A model generated the notes under the pieces. The model was given only the letters and a program-made list of their open reading frames with translations. It had not been told where the DNA came from and made no database searches. Source: TPA_inf: Saccharomyces (taxonomy: Eukaryota). From it: a DNA stretch of 64,000 nucleotides. The stretch is from contig BK006938.2 of NCBI GenBank assembly GCA_000146045.2, positions 160,001 through 224,000 on the forward strand, given 5' to 3'. A program made the translations under genes and the position numbers. Of this stretch, positions 55,643 to 64,000 are shown piece after piece. Numbering within the stretch: the stretch's first letter is position 1; every line of letters begins with the position of its first letter.

Positions 55643-56528
55643 AAACCAATAGCATCTTACGATCGTTCGAGGTCTTATAAACCGTTTTATATAAATTATT
55701 CTTATACACGCACTCTTGAGTTTCTTTTAACATTCCAACATGATAGACATAGAAAAGAATTATAGATAACACATAACATTACTCACAAGTAGCCCATGAG
55801 TTTGATTTTTCCTCGTTAATTCGGTGTCAAGTGGAATACAAAATGGGTCAACTGATCATAACTATTACCCGGATAATCTACATCATGTGGTACGTTAACG
55901 ATGTATGGTTTCCTAAATCACCGGGTTCCAGATGCGGGTTGTTGTTGTTCGATCTTGCACCTCCACGTACTCCTTTTGAATAGTACACATATACCCTTAC
56001 AGGAGATCGGACGTGTGCGATTATTGTTACCTCGTCACCTGTTATCGGTTGAACTGTTTTAGCTCTTTCCATTCCCTTTGTTAATAGTAGTTTAATTCTT
56101 CGGAAACTTTCTACGCAGACTCAAGTTGCAATAGGCTAAAGATAAGGCAGACACTTTGTATGTAACGAGTTTCATTAGGAGGGATAGACGCACGACACTA
56201 TCTGGTACTACGTGTTATATCATACCCAGAAGGAAGGACTCTCTCCACTGAACGGTGGGATGAGTTCCTAAAGGCGCCCCTTTATTTGATCAGGAAGCCG
56301 TATTGATTATCTAATAGGGCCTAGTTATCCTAATTGTGGGGAGTCGAGCAGTACGGCTCTGATGTTTTTCGAACGAAGATAAGGAGTTGACATACAAAGT
56401 CAACAGAAGTTCTTCTTGTTAGCGTCTCTGTGCTCAATATCTCTCTTTTTTTCTTTAAGTAGTAATTACTAACATCAGCCAACCAATAGAGATAAAAAAA
56501 AAAGGAATTAAGATTTCATAGAGAAAAG

Positions 56529-57074
56529 ATGGGTCTATACGCTTCTAAGTTATTCAGCAATCTTTTTGGCAACAAAGAGATGCGTATACTTATGGTTGGT
56601 CTAGATGGTGCCGGTAAGACCACCGTTTTGTACAAGTTGAAGTTGGGCGAAGTTATCACTACCATTCCAACCATTGGTTTCAACGTTGAGACTGTCCAAT
56701 ATAAGAACATTTCCTTCACTGTCTGGGACGTCGGTGGACAAGACAGGATTAGATCTTTATGGAGACACTACTACAGAAACACCGAAGGTGTTATTTTTGT
56801 CATCGATTCCAACGATAGATCGCGTATTGGTGAAGCCAGAGAAGTCATGCAGAGAATGCTGAATGAAGATGAATTGAGAAATGCTGTCTGGTTAGTCTTC
56901 GCTAACAAACAAGATTTGCCAGAAGCCATGTCTGCTGCTGAAATCACCGAAAAATTAGGTTTACATTCTATTAGAAACCGTCCATGGTTTATCCAGTCTA
57001 CTTGTGCAACCTCGGGTGAAGGTCTGTACGAAGGTCTGGAGTGGTTAAGCAACAACTTGAAGAATCAATCCTAA
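56529..57074 (+). CDS. ARF2: ADP-ribosylation factor (small GTPase), 181 aa
   Basis: An N-terminal myristoylation glycine (MGLYAS) and the motifs [13 protein letters not shown] and NKQD are present. The C-terminus ...NLKNQS and the adjacency to RPL35B favour ARF2 over ARF1. Confidence 0.85.
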
Positions 57075-57313
57075 TCTAAATCTGTATAGAACGTTTAGTC
57101 ATGCGGACCTTGTGTGTTTTGTTTCTAGATTGTTTTATTTTTATGATTGTTGAAGATATAAACCACTGTATAGTTGTATAAGATAGGATAATGATGGTGC
57201 ACTGAAAATAAACTTACTAGCTCTTTAATATTGCAACGGCTTGTAACGGGCGCCATGATGACATTCAGAATTATACCACTACTATATGAAAAAATGAAAA
57301 GAGGCCCTGCTTT

Positions 57314-57432
57314 GAACCCGTACATTTTATTCTATAATATTGCATCTGTGGTTTGCCTGACGGCAGCGAGTCCAACACAAAGTCTGGCATATGCTACGAA
57401 TTTTCCACCATGGATTCAGCACCCAAACATTT
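57314..57432 (+). promoter_or_regulatory. Two Rap1-type sites, GAACCCGTACATTT (57314-57327) and GCACCCAAACATTT (57419-57432), lie 170-290 bp upstream of RPL35B
   Basis: Both match the ribosomal-protein-gene Rap1 consensus ACACCCRYACAYYT in tandem orientation. Confidence 0.6.
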
Positions 57433-57599
57433 GAATTTTTTTTCATGTCGATTGTGAAATTTTACTGAAGATGAGGGTAAATAGAGGCCTGCAATCGTCA
57501 TCATATGAGAAATGGATATATTGAAAATCTACTCACATCTCTTTTTTGGGGGTTTGGTAGTACAGTGAGAACACGATAAAGAACCAAATAGGACTAAAA

Positions 57600-57602
57600 A
57601 TG
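57600..57602 (+). CDS. RPL35B: Ribosomal protein L35 (uL29), exon 1. This is the ATG only; the intron begins at the next base.
   Basis: ATG at 57600-57602 is followed at once by GTATGT (57603-57608). Joining ATG to exon 2 gives MAGVKAYELRTK..., which is the N-terminus of L35. Confidence 0.85.
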
Positions 57603-58007
57603 GTATGTAGAGATGAATATACATGAAACGGACGTGATATAATGTGCTATGGAAGAAAAAAGTCTCCTTTAATGTCTGCAGGATAAATAATCAAGTGGTC
57701 TGAAGAAAATTTACAGCTACAGTATTACTGCAAACCTTGCAGGCAAATATCAGAGAGATCTCACCAGCTACAACTTGGTAACAGAAATTTATAAGTTTAT
57801 GGCACTTGTTAAAATTGTTTGGAAGTTTTCGAAATTATAATATTGGTCTTCAGAAACCTGGAACCACATGTGAACTATTTTTTTTGGATAATGCATTGCA
57901 CAGAGCGTATTAGTGTATACGAGAATCTAAAAATTTGAAACTGGCTCATAAAAACAGGAACTTTTACTAACAGTTATGATTTTTTGTTCCCATTTTCTTA
58001 TCAATAG
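57603..58007 (+). other. RPL35B: Spliceosomal intron of RPL35B (405 nt): 5'SS GTATGT, branch point TACTAAC at 57965-57971, 3'SS AG at 58006-58007
   Basis: Canonical yeast splice signals are seen directly. The branch point lies 35 nt upstream of the AG. Confidence 0.85.
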
Positions 58008-58367
58008 GCCGGCGTTAAAGCTTACGAACTAAGAACCAAATCCAAGGAACAATTAGCTTCTCAATTGGTTGACTTGAAAAAGGAGTTGGCTGAATTGAAG
58101 GTCCAAAAGTTGTCCAGACCATCTTTGCCAAAGATCAAGACCGTCAGAAAGAGTATCGCCTGTGTCTTGACCGTCATCAACGAACAACAAAGAGAAGCTG
58201 TTAGACAATTATACAAGGGTAAGAAGTACCAACCAAAGGACTTGAGAGCCAAGAAGACCAGAGCTTTGAGAAGAGCTTTGACCAAATTCGAAGCTTCCCA
58301 AGTTACCGAAAAGCAAAGAAAGAAGCAAATCGCTTTCCCACAAAGAAAGTACGCTATCAAGGCTTAA
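58008..58367 (+). CDS. RPL35B: Ribosomal protein L35 (uL29), exon 2 (119 codons plus stop)
   Basis: It is in frame with the track ORF 58065..58367 and translates AGVKAYELRTKSKEQLASQLVDLKKELAELKVQKL...KYAIKA. Confidence 0.9.
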   Translation, partial: AGVKAYELRTKSKEQLASQLVDLKKELAELKVQKLSRPSLPKIKTVRKSIACVLTVINEQQREAVRQLYKGKKYQPKDLRAKKTRALRRALTKFEASQVTEKQRKKQIAFPQRKYAIKA

Positions 58368-58679
58368 TTTCGTTAGATTATCATTTTAATATTTGATTTT
58401 TGGATATAGTTTAATTTGTATTTTTTAAGAACACCAAACGGCAATTTATTTTATTAGTGATCTACTAGCTAAATCAATATACTACATTAAATTTTTATTT
58501 GCCATCTTTGTCATAGGATCCGACGTCATAATCAGTCAGGAGCCCTACCCCTATACTTCAATTTGAAATTAAGAAAAAAAAAGTGTAGTAGAACAGGAAA
58601 GTCGTATTAATCCATATGTAGATAAAGGTATGCTCTTGTTTATACAGGCCATATCTACATTGTGCATTTCAAGAACTTA

Positions 58680-59288
58680 TTATTTTTTGACAATTTCGAC
58701 CCCCCAATTTAAAGTCAAGTGGTTAGTTTTATCATCATCAATGAATTTTGATACGGCACTGTAGTTACCTCTTGCTAAAAACCCACTAGGTGCTTCACTT
58801 TCCGGTAGTTCCACCTCATAAAATGGTTTGGTCTTGGTATTAGGAGCATACGATCCCAAATGATCGTCTATCTTGTCAACGGCAATACCCGCTTTTTTGA
58901 TATACTGGACATATCGCAACCCTGTGATAATTTCATGTTGAACTTTGAACACAATCTTCAACTTATAAATAGAATTTTCTTTAATTTTGTATCTTTTAGA
59001 TGCCAGTTCTTTGATTGTCTTTTCGTTGGTAAGATCAAATGTGATAGGATTTGGTTCTGTATTGACTAGTAATTGAATTTTTTGAACAACCACCTTCCTT
59101 TTGTCACCGGGAAATTCCAATGGCAAGACGTCTGAACTTAGACCCAAAGACTCTTTCCATTTCGCCAAGGATTCGTCTTCAGCATCCAGATTTTTGTATT
59201 CGTCAACAGTTTTTTTGGCTGAAACTTTATACTGATCGTTGTTTCTCTCCTCTTCGAATTGACTAAAGTCGGTACTTTCTTCGGCCAT
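58680..59288 (-). CDS. RDI1: Rho GDP-dissociation inhibitor (202 aa)
   Basis: A RhoGDI immunoglobulin-like fold domain is present. The length is 202 aa. Confidence 0.92.
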   Translation of the reverse strand: MAEESTDFSQFEEERNNDQYKVSAKKTVDEYKNLDAEDESLAKWKESLGLSSDVLPLEFPGDKRKVVVQKIQLLVNTEPNPITFDLTNEKTIKELASKRYKIKENSIYKLKIVFKVQHEIITGLRYVQYIKKAGIAVDKIDDHLGSYAPNTKTKPFYEVELPESEAPSGFLARGNYSAVSKFIDDDKTNHLTLNWGVEIVKK

Positions 59289-59661
59289 TATTCAGTTTTT
59301 CTCTAATAAAAAAGCTCAATACTCGAGTTATTCGTGTGGCTAGAAAAAGAATCAAAGTAATACAAGCAGCCTGAAGAATGGAAGTTCTTTCCACTCAATC
59401 TTTATAACGTTTCCCTGATCTATCGCGAAATTTAAACGATCGCGTTAGAGAACCGTTTCACCCGGAGTAATGATCAGAATGATTAAAGCGTTGGGGAGGA
59501 AAAAAAGCCTCGTATTGATTGATATATCTGAAGAATAATAAAAGAAGAAAATTTGCAAGGCAATTTGCAGTTTATTTTTGGCTAAATGTGTAATTAACTA
59601 TGATAATGGTAAAGGAGAAAAGTGAATATATATCTATATAGATGCATATATGTATACATAC

Positions 59662-60771
59662 TCATAAAAAGTAATCTGGCGTCTTTCTGCTGACGCTAGG
59701 TTCACCTGGTCTTACGGATGGGTCGTACTGTAAGAATTGTCTATTATGATTCTCGTCCACTTCCATGATAGCTGCTTGATTACCACATCTGTAGCAGTAA
59801 TTAGGAGCACTGAAAATGGTGACAACATTTTGCTGGTGAGACCAAGCATAGCCTTCCATTACCAATTGGTGAGCTCTTGCTATTAGTGATAGATCATTAG
59901 TGTGATTGAATTGCTCACTGACATCTTGTCCAAAAGTGAAGCCTGCACCTCTGGGACTGATTCCCCATCCGCCTCTATCGTCAGGGTCTGACCATAGAAG
60001 GTCACACATAGGACCTTCATGAGGCACTTCCTGTATTCTGTTCAACTCTCTCACCTGATCTATGGTTTCTATCATGGGGGAAAGTCCTCCATGCAGACAG
60101 AAAATTTTATTATCTACTAATGCGGTTATAGGAAAATAATCGAAAAGATCTGTGAACATTTTCCACACGTTTGCACTGCCGTACTTTCTCAAACATTCAT
60201 CATAAAACCCGTATACTTGGGTAATCTGCCTAGACTCGTGATTGCCTCTCAGTATCGTAATTCTATGTGGGTATCTGACTTTCATGGCAACTAGGTAAGA
60301 TACAGTTTCAACAGAATAATATCCTCTATCCACGTAATCACCCATGAAAAGGTAATTGGTGTCAGGACAAGGGCCACCAATCTTAAAAAGTTCTAACAAG
60401 TCATGGAATTGACCGTGTACGTCACCACAAATGGTAACAGGCACGTTAATTGGTTTAACATTCTCCTCGAACTGCAACACGTCCACCGCCATTTTACATA
60501 GTCGTGCTACATCGTCTTCTGATAGTGGCTCGCATTTACTCAAATGCTCAATCCATTGGTCAAGCTGATTTATATTTGTGTTATTCAGTTCTAGTGGTTT
60601 GGAAGATTTGTGATCTGCTATGCCCGAGGAACCAGGTTTTAAATCATCAACCGAGAATTCTTCTGCATTATTATCCGATGAATTGTTGTTGAGATCCATA
60701 TCTTCAGATACTGTGGGAGTCAGCTGTTCGGTAACAGCATCTTGCATAGGCACATCTAAATCTGTATCCAT
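59662..60771 (-). CDS. PPH21: Protein phosphatase 2A catalytic subunit (369 aa)
   Basis: PPP-family motifs are present (GDVHGQ, GDYVDRG, GNHE) and the protein ends with C-terminal ...DYFL. The 369-aa length and neighbouring genes favour PPH21 over PPH22. Confidence 0.9.
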   Translation of the reverse strand: MDTDLDVPMQDAVTEQLTPTVSEDMDLNNNSSDNNAEEFSVDDLKPGSSGIADHKSSKPLELNNTNINQLDQWIEHLSKCEPLSEDDVARLCKMAVDVLQFEENVKPINVPVTICGDVHGQFHDLLELFKIGGPCPDTNYLFMGDYVDRGYYSVETVSYLVAMKVRYPHRITILRGNHESRQITQVYGFYDECLRKYGSANVWKMFTDLFDYFPITALVDNKIFCLHGGLSPMIETIDQVRELNRIQEVPHEGPMCDLLWSDPDDRGGWGISPRGAGFTFGQDVSEQFNHTNDLSLIARAHQLVMEGYAWSHQQNVVTIFSAPNYCYRCGNQAAIMEVDENHNRQFLQYDPSVRPGEPSVSRKTPDYFL

Positions 60772-61723
60772 TTTTCTTTTTGTTTATTGTTTTATGCGAT
60801 AATTTATATCCCTCTTTCCACTATGAACTAAATAGGGGCAAAATAATTTGTTTTTTTCTTTCTCTTTTGCCTTATTTCAAAAAACACAACCGGTAAAATT
60901 AACAGTTTAAAATTAGATAATAACTCTATTCAACCTGAACTCACTAAACTCTTACTAAATTACTGGTAAGGAAAGAAAACTAGGGGAAGACGAGTGAAAA
61001 AAGAGCAGTCCAACAGGTGTATTTCTAAGAAGAATAAAACACTTTTTGTAAATATCGTGTCCACTGGGGCAATTTAATTTACACTAAAACTAATTGGAGT
61101 ATGTGTATATCAAAATCAATGAAAGTGCAGCGTCTGATTCACTAATTACCTCCTTTACTGTGAAACGGTGCGTCGAAAGGAACCTGTAACAAAAACCTGC
61201 TAAAAAGAATGCCGAACTAATGTAATCCGGAAAACTATTTCTACTACTATGTGTTAGTCGATTAAAATAGCCGAAAATCTTTCAAGCACGACAGAAAGAT
61301 TCATTATCATTCTCCATTTCACAGGTATTCCATTTTCCGTTCATTTTTTCACTTTTTGATTTTATCCTTAAAACCCGCCCGGTTCATCACTTTGCACGCC
61401 ACAGAAACCTCAGAATAAGCTAAAGGGTAATATAATAAAGCCCTTCGATTCAATAATAGCATTACCCAAGAGGCATAGCGGCAAACTAAGTTGACAACAC
61501 AAAATCAAATCGCTTCATTTTTATTTTATTAATGATATTTTATTAGAGAGGAAATTATGTAATATCTAGATATTAAATATAAAGTAGATCTCTGTCTAAA
61601 ATATTCTTAACAAAATCTTATATTCGAAAGGATGACGGTCCAATCAAAGGATTGTATAAGAGAAATTAGTTTTCGAAATCAATTTTTACTTGACCTGAAC
61701 TTAACGATTTGCTCTCAATCCGC

Positions 61724-61801
61724 TTATTTGGATCTGGCTCTCACCTTCCGTCTCTTTCTCTTAAGTCTTCTAGTTCTCTTCTTTCTCCACTTAGCTCTCA
61801 T
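61724..61801 (-). CDS. RPL41B: Ribosomal protein L41 (eL41), a 25-aa Arg/Lys-rich peptide, [25 protein letters not shown]
   Basis: I translated it myself from the reverse complement of 61724-61801 (ATGAGAGCTAAGTGGAGAAAG...TCCAAATAA). The ORF track misses it because it is under 60 aa. Confidence 0.9.
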
Positions 61802-62133
61802 TTGGAATTAAGTCGATATGACTATCTTAGGATTGAAGTAAAATATAAGATGAAAACAGAAAACAAGCGAAATTTCAAAGAGAGAAGTGAAACAATAATG
61901 ACGGATAACAATTATTTAACATTCAGAAATATTACATTCGTTAACTCTCCATATATATAAATCACCCCAGCAGAGGAAGATGGGATTTCTGCCAGCAATG
62001 ATGACGGGTAAATGGATAGCATCGCAGCTGCGACACCTTTTCCATGGTGCGACACGCGTCGTACAATGACCTAAAAATCCTAAAATAAAATAAGATGAAT
62101 CTAATAAGGAAAGGTACTGGTGAAATGAGATAA

Positions 62134-62149
62134 GGGTGTACGGGTGTGG
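62134..62149 (-). promoter_or_regulatory. Rap1-type site(s): plus-strand GGGTGTACGGGTGTGG is the reverse complement of CCACACCCGTACACCC, about 335 bp upstream of RPL41B
   Basis: It matches the Rap1 consensus ACACCCRTACA in the gene's orientation, as is typical of ribosomal-protein promoters. Confidence 0.55.
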
Positions 62150-62426
62150 TAACCGTCGTGAAATAAAGAAAGCATTCTGAACGATGAATACTAAATAAGG
62201 GAAAGTGGAAATAAACGAAGTGTCGAAAGAGGAGAAGAGGTCTTGGCTTTCATATAGTGGAAGAAATTCTAAGCTACAACACAAAGTCTCCAACCACCTT
62301 TTGTTTAGTCAATTATAAAAATACTTTGATTGCTATTTCGAAACCGTGAGATTGCTGAGAAGGGAAAGTGAATGATATTTTTTTGCATTTTTTGAGGCGT
62401 TCTTTTTTTTTACACTGACAAATTTA

Positions 62427-63740
62427 ATGGGGGATTCTAATTCCAGCCAAGAAGCGTATTCTGATACAACATCCACGAACGCTTCTAGAATCGCAGATCA
62501 AAATCAACTTAATTTAAACGTGGATCTTGAAAAAAATCAAACAGTAAGGAAGTCAGGTTCACTGGAAGCATTACAGAATGCAAAGATACATGTTCCCAAA
62601 CACAGTGATGGTTCACCACTAGACTATCCAAAATTAAATACTTACACGTTTGTGCCTACCACAGTGCCGCCTTATGTTTTAGAGGCGCAGTTTGATAAAT
62701 TAAGACTTCAGGATAAGGGCACCGTTGATGGAAATGTTACCGATGATAAAAATCTTCCAAAAGAGTTTAAATGGGGCCAGTTTGCATCTACCATCGGCTG
62801 TCATTCTGCATACACTAGAGACCAAAACTACAATCCTAGTCACAAATCCTACGATGGTTACTCTCTATCATCATCTACCTCATCAAAAAATGCGGCTCTT
62901 AGAGAAATTTTAGGTGACATGTGCAGCGAGTGGGGAGGTGAAGAACGACTAGAAGGTGTTCTACATTCAGAAATAGGTGCCAATTTAGAGTTCAACACGA
63001 CAGAAGAGAGAAAAGAGTGGTTACAATATATCGAAAAGGTAAAAGATTTCTATTACGGTGATAATAAGAAGAACCCAGAATCACCCGAATCAGTACACAA
63101 CAAAGTTTACAAGTCAGATTGGGTAAATGAGCTCAATAAAGAGAGAGAAAAGTGGCGGAGGTTAAAGCAAAGGAAGTTACAACAGTGGAGACCTCCTTTG
63201 ACGTCGCTATTACTTGATAATCAATATTTGATTTTGGGTTTGAGGATTTTCACTGGTATATTATCGTGCATTTCACTTGCTCTGGCAATCAAGATTTTTC
63301 AAAACTCAAGATCAAATAACACCATCAGTGAAAGTAAAATCGGGCAACAACCAAGCACCATAATGGCCATCTGCGTCAACGCCGTGGCGATTGCGTATAT
63401 TATTTACATTGCACACGATGAATTTGCTGGTAAACCTGTTGGTTTGAGGAATCCGTTAAGCAAACTGAAACTAATTTTGTTGGACTTACTTTTTATAATT
63501 TTTTCAAGCGCTAATCTAGCGCTGGCATTTAATACTCGTTTCGACAAAGAGTGGGTTTGCACTTCTATTCGCAGGTCAAATGGAAGCACGTATGGATACC
63601 CAAAAATACCGCGTATCTGCAGAAAACAGGAAGCTTTATCCGCTTTTCTGTTCGTTGCCTTGTTTATGTGGGTAATCACTTTCTCGATCAGTATTGTTAG
63701 AGTAGTCGAAAAAGTCAGTTCAATTACCAACAGAAACTGA
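62427..63740 (+). CDS. SRF1: Regulator of phospholipase D (Spo14), a membrane protein with C-terminal TM helices (437 aa)
   Basis: The length is 437 aa, with an N-terminal hydrophilic region and C-terminal hydrophobic segments. It is the last gene in the reference order of this interval. Confidence 0.8.
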   Translation: MGDSNSSQEAYSDTTSTNASRIADQNQLNLNVDLEKNQTVRKSGSLEALQNAKIHVPKHSDGSPLDYPKLNTYTFVPTTVPPYVLEAQFDKLRLQDKGTVDGNVTDDKNLPKEFKWGQFASTIGCHSAYTRDQNYNPSHKSYDGYSLSSSTSSKNAALREILGDMCSEWGGEERLEGVLHSEIGANLEFNTTEERKEWLQYIEKVKDFYYGDNKKNPESPESVHNKVYKSDWVNELNKEREKWRRLKQRKLQQWRPPLTSLLLDNQYLILGLRIFTGILSCISLALAIKIFQNSRSNNTISESKIGQQPSTIMAICVNAVAIAYIIYIAHDEFAGKPVGLRNPLSKLKLILLDLLFIIFSSANLALAFNTRFDKEWVCTSIRRSNGSTYGYPKIPRICRKQEALSAFLFVALFMWVITFSISIVRVVEKVSSITNRN

Positions 63741-64000
63741 GCTCGACAAATATAGAAATTAAAAGAATTCTTTTAGATACCAAGATTGACATTTATATGC
63801 ATTGTATATTTTTGACTTAAAAAATTACTCCGGCTTGGCATTTATTCATTAACGGCGGGTTTGATTATATTAGGCTTTGTGCGATATAATATGTATTACC
63901 CGAAGGGAGGGCTATTGCACTTTCTTTTCCTTTCCGTTTTAAGGGCCCTTTTTCATTTCGATGTTTGATGGACACACATGAAGTGAAATGTGGCAAATAG

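Noticed and set aside
55860-56420. Possible Ty LTR (delta, sigma or tau) remnant or tRNA in the RGT2-ARF2 spacer
   Set aside because: There are no TGTTG...CAACA terminal inverted motifs, no target-site duplication, no match to the delta or sigma sequences I recall, and no tRNA A/B boxes. I kept it only as a compositional oddity in the findings.
61709-61960. Plus-strand 83-aa ORF
   Set aside because: It overlaps the true minus-strand 25-codon RPL41B CDS. Its Ser/Leu-rich translation is the antisense of the Arg/Lys codons.
1-64000. CRISPR arrays, restriction-modification, toxin-antitoxin or other prokaryotic defence or operon systems
   Set aside because: The sequence is eukaryotic (yeast), with a spliceosomal intron, poly(dA:dT) promoters and monocistronic genes. 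No direct-repeat/spacer arrays are present.

Overview
This window is a gene-dense stretch of Saccharomyces cerevisiae nuclear DNA from the left arm of chromosome IV. By my recollection of reference coordinates it matches chrIV:160001-224000 (YDL168W through YDL133W), which a BLAST against S288C would confirm. I assign about 36 protein-coding genes on both strands, all recognisable from their translated sequences. They include SFA1 (3' part), NRP1, FAP7, CDC36, CDC9, ENT1, MHF2, DHH1, STE7, YDL157C, CMR1, CLB3, MSH5, SAS10, RPC53, ATG9, NOP14, RPN5, LDB17, COP1, YDL144C, CCT4, CRD1, BPL1, RPO21, SCM3, RGT2, ARF2, RPL35B, RDI1, PPH21, RPL41B and SRF1. RPL35B has an intron placed immediately after its ATG. 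RPL41B is a 25-codon gene that the ORF track misses because it is below the track's length cutoff. I found no tRNA, rRNA, transposon LTR, CRISPR array or prokaryote-type gene island. Promoter motifs that fit the known regulons are visible: PAC/RRPE at SAS10-RPC53 and NOP14, the PACE element at RPN5, Rap1 sites at RPL35B and RPL41B, MCB at CDC9 and URS1 at MSH5. The most notable sequence structures are the 21-bp tandem CTD heptad array of RPO21, the (AAT)n-encoded poly-Asn tract of NRP1, and the poly-Gln region and internal duplication of ENT1. I do not see a novel or previously undescribed system. The loose ends worth checking are a candidate ARS in the SCM3-RGT2 intergenic region, a possible unannotated 5'UTR intron upstream of ARF2, and a compositionally distinct block in the RGT2-ARF2 spacer.
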